64,000 nucleotides of DNA from an uncultured Actinomycetota bacterium (lineage in GTDB: Bacteria > Actinomycetota > Actinomycetes > JAHEKZ01), in NCBI GenBank assembly GCA_963829525.1, contig CAWHIJ010000003.1, positions 512,001 to 576,000 on the forward strand. The letters are read 5' to 3'. Shown in pieces: positions 59,740-64,000 of this stretch (its first letter is position 1; each line of letters begins with the position of its first letter). The notes under the pieces were generated by a model. The model saw only the letters and a list, made by a program, of their open reading frames with translations, was not told the origin of the DNA and did no database searches. The position numbers and the translations under genes are program-made.

Positions 59740-60218
59740 TGCATCAGACGTCGTGGCGTCTCTTGGTGACCACTGGTGTGATCGGCTTCGCCGTCGGATT
59801 CCTTGGTGCACGGTTCTGGGATCTGTGGACCGGCTCGCCGCCCGCTGTCCCATGGGCCGCCCCGACGCTGCTGATGGTGCTTGCAGTCGGGTTCGCCGTC
59901 GCAGCGTGGGTGCTACGTCCACGGATCCAGCGCCGTGAGGGCCATCCACCGCTGAACCCCTTCGTTGCAGCGCGAACCGCAGTCCTGGCGATGGCTGGCT
60001 CCCGGGCTGGCGCCGCCGTCGCCGGTGTCTACCTTGGGTATGCGGGATTCTTGCTGCTCGACCTGGCCAACGACTACCGGCGCCGGATGGTGCTGATCGT
60101 CCTCTCGGCGGCCGTAGCCGGCGTCGCACTGGCCGCCGCTGCCCTGTGGCTTGAGCGGATTTGCCGGATAAAGGGTGACGATGATGAACAGGGTGGGCCA
60201 ACGTCAGCACCCGCTTGA
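59739..60218 (+). CDS. DUF3180 membrane protein
   Basis: TM helices, AARTAVLA, LERICR; conserved position after folK. Confidence 0.85.
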   Translation: MHQTSWRLLVTTGVIGFAVGFLGARFWDLWTGSPPAVPWAAPTLLMVLAVGFAVAAWVLRPRIQRREGHPPLNPFVAARTAVLAMAGSRAGAAVAGVYLGYAGFLLLDLANDYRRRMVLIVLSAAVAGVALAAAALWLERICRIKGDDDEQGGPTSAPA

Positions 60219-60284
60219 TCGGCCGGTGGTGACCGAGAGTGTCAATCGCCAGTTCTGCTCACCCGTTCGGCGTACCCTGATGCC

Positions 60285-60923
60285 ATGTCACGAGGACGTC
60301 ATGCGCAGCCAGCGCCCCCCAGTTCCGACAAACCACTCCTTGGGCTTGCCCTGCTCATCGCGGCTGGGGTCGTCGTCTCGATTTGGGTCATCGACGACAC
60401 CTGGACGCTTCAGGTTGGCCTCACAGGAATCGTGGTCCTGGCGCTGGTCGGTCTCTGGGCCGCCGTACGCTCATCAACTCGCGCCATCGAACAACTGCGG
60501 CGCGAGACGCTGGAGCGGCGGCGCGACCTCGCCGAGACCCAGCGCGAGCTCGCCGAGTTGAAGACGCAGCATGTCGAGCTGCTCCTTGAGCTGCGCGCCG
60601 TACGTGACCAAGCAGCTCGCGTCGCTCAGGAAGCCGCCCAGGCAGCAGCTCAGCTGGCCAGCGACGATGCCGACCAGCGCGCGCTCATCCACCAGTTGAC
60701 GCAGCCGCGCCAGCCGGTCCTTGACCCGGTGTACCCGTCGCTGCACCTGCCGTTGGTACGGGCTGCTTTCTCGACCGAGCTCCCCAGCGGCCCGATCGCC
60801 ACGCCGCGTCCGGCGGCGCCCGGCCTGCAGCGCGAGTCGACGACCGGTGGAGAAGCCCATCCGCCGCGCCAGCTGCTCGACCTCACGGCCTCCGAGATTG
60901 CCAGGCTTCGCCCCGCCAACTGA
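60285..60923 (+). CDS. Hypothetical membrane protein with coiled coil
   Basis: Two TM helices, heptad region, Pro-rich tail; TACCCT -10 box, leaderless. Confidence 0.65.
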   Translation: MSRGRHAQPAPPSSDKPLLGLALLIAAGVVVSIWVIDDTWTLQVGLTGIVVLALVGLWAAVRSSTRAIEQLRRETLERRRDLAETQRELAELKTQHVELLLELRAVRDQAARVAQEAAQAAAQLASDDADQRALIHQLTQPRQPVLDPVYPSLHLPLVRAAFSTELPSGPIATPRPAAPGLQRESTTGGEAHPPRQLLDLTASEIARLRPAN

Positions 60924-60932
60924 GATGTGGGG

Positions 60933-62078
60933 TTACTTGTCGACGTCACCGACGACGAAGAACATCGAGCCAAGGATCGCCACCATGTCGGCGACCAGCT
61001 GCCCTGGGAGCATCTCGCCTAGTACCTGCACGTTGTTGAACGACGCCGAGCGCAGCTTGAGCCGGTACGGAGTCTTCTCGCCCCGTGACACCAGGAAGTA
61101 GCCGTTGAGCCCGAGCGGGTTCTCGGTCCACGCGTAGGTGTACCCCTCTGGGGCCTTGAGCACTTTGGGCAGGCGCAGGTTGATCGGCCCTTGTGGCAGT
61201 TGATCCAGCCGCTCGATGCACGCATCCACGAGGTCAAGAGAGACGTGGACCTGCTCGCGGAGGACGTCAAAGCGTGCGAAGCAGTCGCCCTCGGTGCGGG
61301 TTGGGACACGGAGGACATCCTGCAACTCGCCGTACGCGAGGTAGGGCTCGTCACGACGCAGGTCGATGTCGACACCGGACGCCCGCGCGATCGGTCCCGA
61401 GAGCCCGTACTGGTGAACCTGTTCCTGGGTCAGGACGCCGACCCCCTGCGTGCGCGCGGCGAAGATCTCGTTGCCGAAGACCAGGCTCTCCAGCTGCGGC
61501 AGTCGGTCACGCACGCCGGCGATGGCAGTACGTGCGCGGCCGAGCCAGCCGTTGGGGAGGTCCTCTTTGAGCCCGCCGACACGGTTGAACATGAAGTGCA
61601 TACGACCGCCGGAGATCTCCTCCATGACCTCCTGGATCGCCTCGCGCTCGCGGAACGCGTAGAACACCGGCGTGATCGCCCCGACTTCAAGGGGGTAGGA
61701 GCCGAGGAACATCAGGTGGTTGAGCAGGCGGTTGAGCTCGGCCAGCAGTGTGCGCGCCCAGACCGCACGCTCGGGCACCTCCATGCCGAGCATCCGCTCG
61801 ACGGCCAGCACTACTCCTAGCTCGTTGGAGAACGCGGACAACCAGTCGTGCCGGTTGGCGAGCATGATGATCTGCCGGTAGTCGCGCACCTCGAAGAGCT
61901 TCTCGGCCCCACGGTGCATGTAGCCGATGATCGGTTCGGCCGACACGATCCGTTCACCGTCCAGGACCAGCCGTAGGCGTAGGACGCCGTGGGTCGCCGG
62001 GTGCTGGGGACCGATATTGAGCACCATGTCGGTGGCGACGATTCCGCCCCCGGTGCTTATCACTCGCTCCTCGGTCAC
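60933..62078 (-). CDS. nuoD: Stand-alone NADH-quinone oxidoreductase subunit D homologue
   Basis: [35 protein letters not shown]; no other nuo genes in the window. Confidence 0.9.
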   Translation of the reverse strand: MTEERVISTGGGIVATDMVLNIGPQHPATHGVLRLRLVLDGERIVSAEPIIGYMHRGAEKLFEVRDYRQIIMLANRHDWLSAFSNELGVVLAVERMLGMEVPERAVWARTLLAELNRLLNHLMFLGSYPLEVGAITPVFYAFREREAIQEVMEEISGGRMHFMFNRVGGLKEDLPNGWLGRARTAIAGVRDRLPQLESLVFGNEIFAARTQGVGVLTQEQVHQYGLSGPIARASGVDIDLRRDEPYLAYGELQDVLRVPTRTEGDCFARFDVLREQVHVSLDLVDACIERLDQLPQGPINLRLPKVLKAPEGYTYAWTENPLGLNGYFLVSRGEKTPYRLKLRSASFNNVQVLGEMLPGQLVADMVAILGSMFFVVGDVDK

Positions 62079-62131
62079 GGACCGATCCTTCCATGTCGGC
62101 CCTGCAACGTGCGGAAGGTATGTTGCCCAGC

Positions 62132-62623
62132 ATGAGTATCGATCCATTCGTGGCCGACGCACGAGGCTGGATCCCCGTCAACGCGCGCCTGGCCACCGCA
62201 CGTCGGCTGATTGCAATGAGCCTGACGACTGTTGTCACGTTGATCGCAGTCGTTGCGCTTGCTGTGGGTGGCTTGCCTGAGCTCGGCTTTGTTGCCCTGG
62301 TGGTCGGTCTTGTGGTCCTGGCTTGGCTTTGGTGGTTGATCGGACGACAGGTTCGGGCCATCGGGTACTCCGAGCGCACCGATGACTTGATCGTCGTCTC
62401 AGGCATCTTGTTCCGTCGACTTGTACTCGTTCCCTACGGCCGGATGCAGCTGGTCGACGTTCGGCGGGGTCCGGTTGAGCGCTATTTCGGCCTTGCCACC
62501 GTCCAGTTGCACACCGCGGCGGCCACGACCGATGCCACCATTCCCGGCCTCCCGCCGAATGAGGCCGGCAGACTTCGCGACAAACTTGCTGCGCTGGGCG
62601 AACAGCGGAGCGCCGGTCTGTGA
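62132..62623 (+). CDS. bPH_2 domain membrane protein (YdbS-like)
   Basis: Two TM helices; [21 protein letters not shown]. Confidence 0.87.
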   Translation: MSIDPFVADARGWIPVNARLATARRLIAMSLTTVVTLIAVVALAVGGLPELGFVALVVGLVVLAWLWWLIGRQVRAIGYSERTDDLIVVSGILFRRLVLVPYGRMQLVDVRRGPVERYFGLATVQLHTAAATTDATIPGLPPNEAGRLRDKLAALGEQRSAGL

Positions 62624-63984
62624 CCGAGCCTCGTCATACGCATCCCGTTACGCCCTTAGTCACCATGGTGCGTGCAGTACCCGTGCTGATCTTCGGAGTC
62701 TTCGTGACGGGAGGGGGTGAGGCCGCCAACGTCCTCGGCGGACTCGGTACCGGAGGAGTGATCGTTCTCATCCTTGTCGGGGTCGGCATCTATGCGTACT
62801 TCTCGTGGACGCGGCTCACGTTCTTCTATGACGATGACGGCGACCTGCGAATCAACTCCGGTGTCTTTGTCCGCAACGAGCGACGCGTCCAGCTGTCTCG
62901 GCTCCAATCGGTGGATGTGACTCAGCCGATCCTCGCCCGACTCTTCGGGCTGGCCGAGCTACGCCCAGAAGTTGCCGGTGCCTCATCCGAAGGCACCAAA
63001 TTGCAGTACTTGGCTCTCGAGGACGCCCAGCAGCTGCGTGCAGAGCTTCTCGCCAGGGCATCTGGCCTTCGCCGGGAGGAAGGCGCCGCGGTCGCGACAG
63101 CCCCCGAGCAAGTACTGGTCCAGGTGCCCTCGCCGCATCTGCTCGCCTCCCTCGTGCTTCAGCCGACGACGATCTTCCTCCTGCTGCTGATCCCGACGGT
63201 GGTGGCCGTCGCCGGGGTCTCGGGAGTGTGGGAGCTGGGGCTAACCGGGCTCCTTTTGGTCTTCGCCCCGGTCACCGTGGTCGGTGGGCAGTTCCTCAGG
63301 TACTTCGGTTTCACCGTCGCGCAGTCCCCAGACGGACTGCGGCTGCGCTTCGGTCTCACGTCACACCGCTCGCAGACCGTTCCGCCCGGGCGCGTCCAGG
63401 CGGTGCGAATCGAACGCCCACTCATGTGGAAACCCTGGGGGTGGGTTCGTGTCGTCGTCAATGTTGCTGGCACCGTGGGCGGCGAGGAGGGCGAAGACCG
63501 CCCTTCGGTCATCCTCCCGGTCGCACCCCTGCCAGTGGCTCGCACCCTGTTGCAGCAAGTTCTGCCCGGAGTGGATCCGTTCGGCGTCGACCTGACGCCA
63601 GCACCGGCCACGGCACGTTGGCGCGCGCCGCTCCAGTGCAAGCAGCTGGGGGTGGGAGCAACGCCGGTCGCGTTCGTCACTCGACGAGGCTGGCTCGTCC
63701 CGAAGTGGGATGTGGTTCCGCATGCGCGTACGCAGAGCGTCCGCCTTACACAAGGTCCCTGGCAGCGCTGGCTGGGACTCGCCACAGTCCGCGTCGACTC
63801 GACTCCTGGTCCGGTGTCGATAGCAGCATTGCACCAGGATGCCAGGACCGCGCGCATCCTGGCTCAGGAGCAGGCTGACCGGGCGGGGTTGGCTCGTCGC
63901 CAAGCCGGTCCAGGGCAGCCTGAGAGTTATCCGGTCGCGTCGCCGACTGTCCCGCCTCCAGGGACTGAGTCCGACCTTCCGTAG
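62620..63984 (+). CDS. bPH_2 domain membrane protein (YdbT-like)
   Basis: Three repeats such as RLQSVDVTQP, RVQAVRIERP and RTQSVRLTQGP. Confidence 0.87.
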   Translation: MTEPRHTHPVTPLVTMVRAVPVLIFGVFVTGGGEAANVLGGLGTGGVIVLILVGVGIYAYFSWTRLTFFYDDDGDLRINSGVFVRNERRVQLSRLQSVDVTQPILARLFGLAELRPEVAGASSEGTKLQYLALEDAQQLRAELLARASGLRREEGAAVATAPEQVLVQVPSPHLLASLVLQPTTIFLLLLIPTVVAVAGVSGVWELGLTGLLLVFAPVTVVGGQFLRYFGFTVAQSPDGLRLRFGLTSHRSQTVPPGRVQAVRIERPLMWKPWGWVRVVVNVAGTVGGEEGEDRPSVILPVAPLPVARTLLQQVLPGVDPFGVDLTPAPATARWRAPLQCKQLGVGATPVAFVTRRGWLVPKWDVVPHARTQSVRLTQGPWQRWLGLATVRVDSTPGPVSIAALHQDARTARILAQEQADRAGLARRQAGPGQPESYPVASPTVPPPGTESDLP

Positions 63985-64000
63985 CGCCGAAGGCGCCATG

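Overview
High-GC actinobacterial chromosome segment syntenic with the conserved M. tuberculosis Rv3671c-Rv3603c / Streptomyces ssd-topA-ftsH region. The left core arm holds marP, acs, nhaA, 6C RNA, the ssd-Tad/Flp pilus cluster, a DUF1998 helicase, hppA, topA, tmk, holB and tRNA-Thr(CGT). The right core arm holds ppa, dacB, tilS, hpt, ftsH, folEPBK and an orphan nuoD. An integrase-free accessory block (~27.9-50.2 kb) between them carries an ion channel, secreted beta-propeller proteins, catabolic genes and metYX. The most interesting signals are non-coding: (1) an unannotated ~280-nt promoter-to-terminator RNA of about nine tetraloop hairpins beside ppa, while the canonical Ms1 RNA locus in this window is empty; (2) a yybP-ykoY (Mn2+) riboswitch controlling a voltage-gated Na+-channel homologue with an atypical filter; (3) a leaderless Cys/Met-rich leader peptide before metYX; (4) a candidate Na+ riboswitch before nhaA; (5) a shared BetI-like operator linking a Rieske oxygenase and a GcvT-like gene; (6) palindromic REP-like repeats next to an HNH gene and a probable nuclease remnant. 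Four +1 frameshifts may be sequencing errors. All family assignments are from motif recognition by eye; no searches were run.
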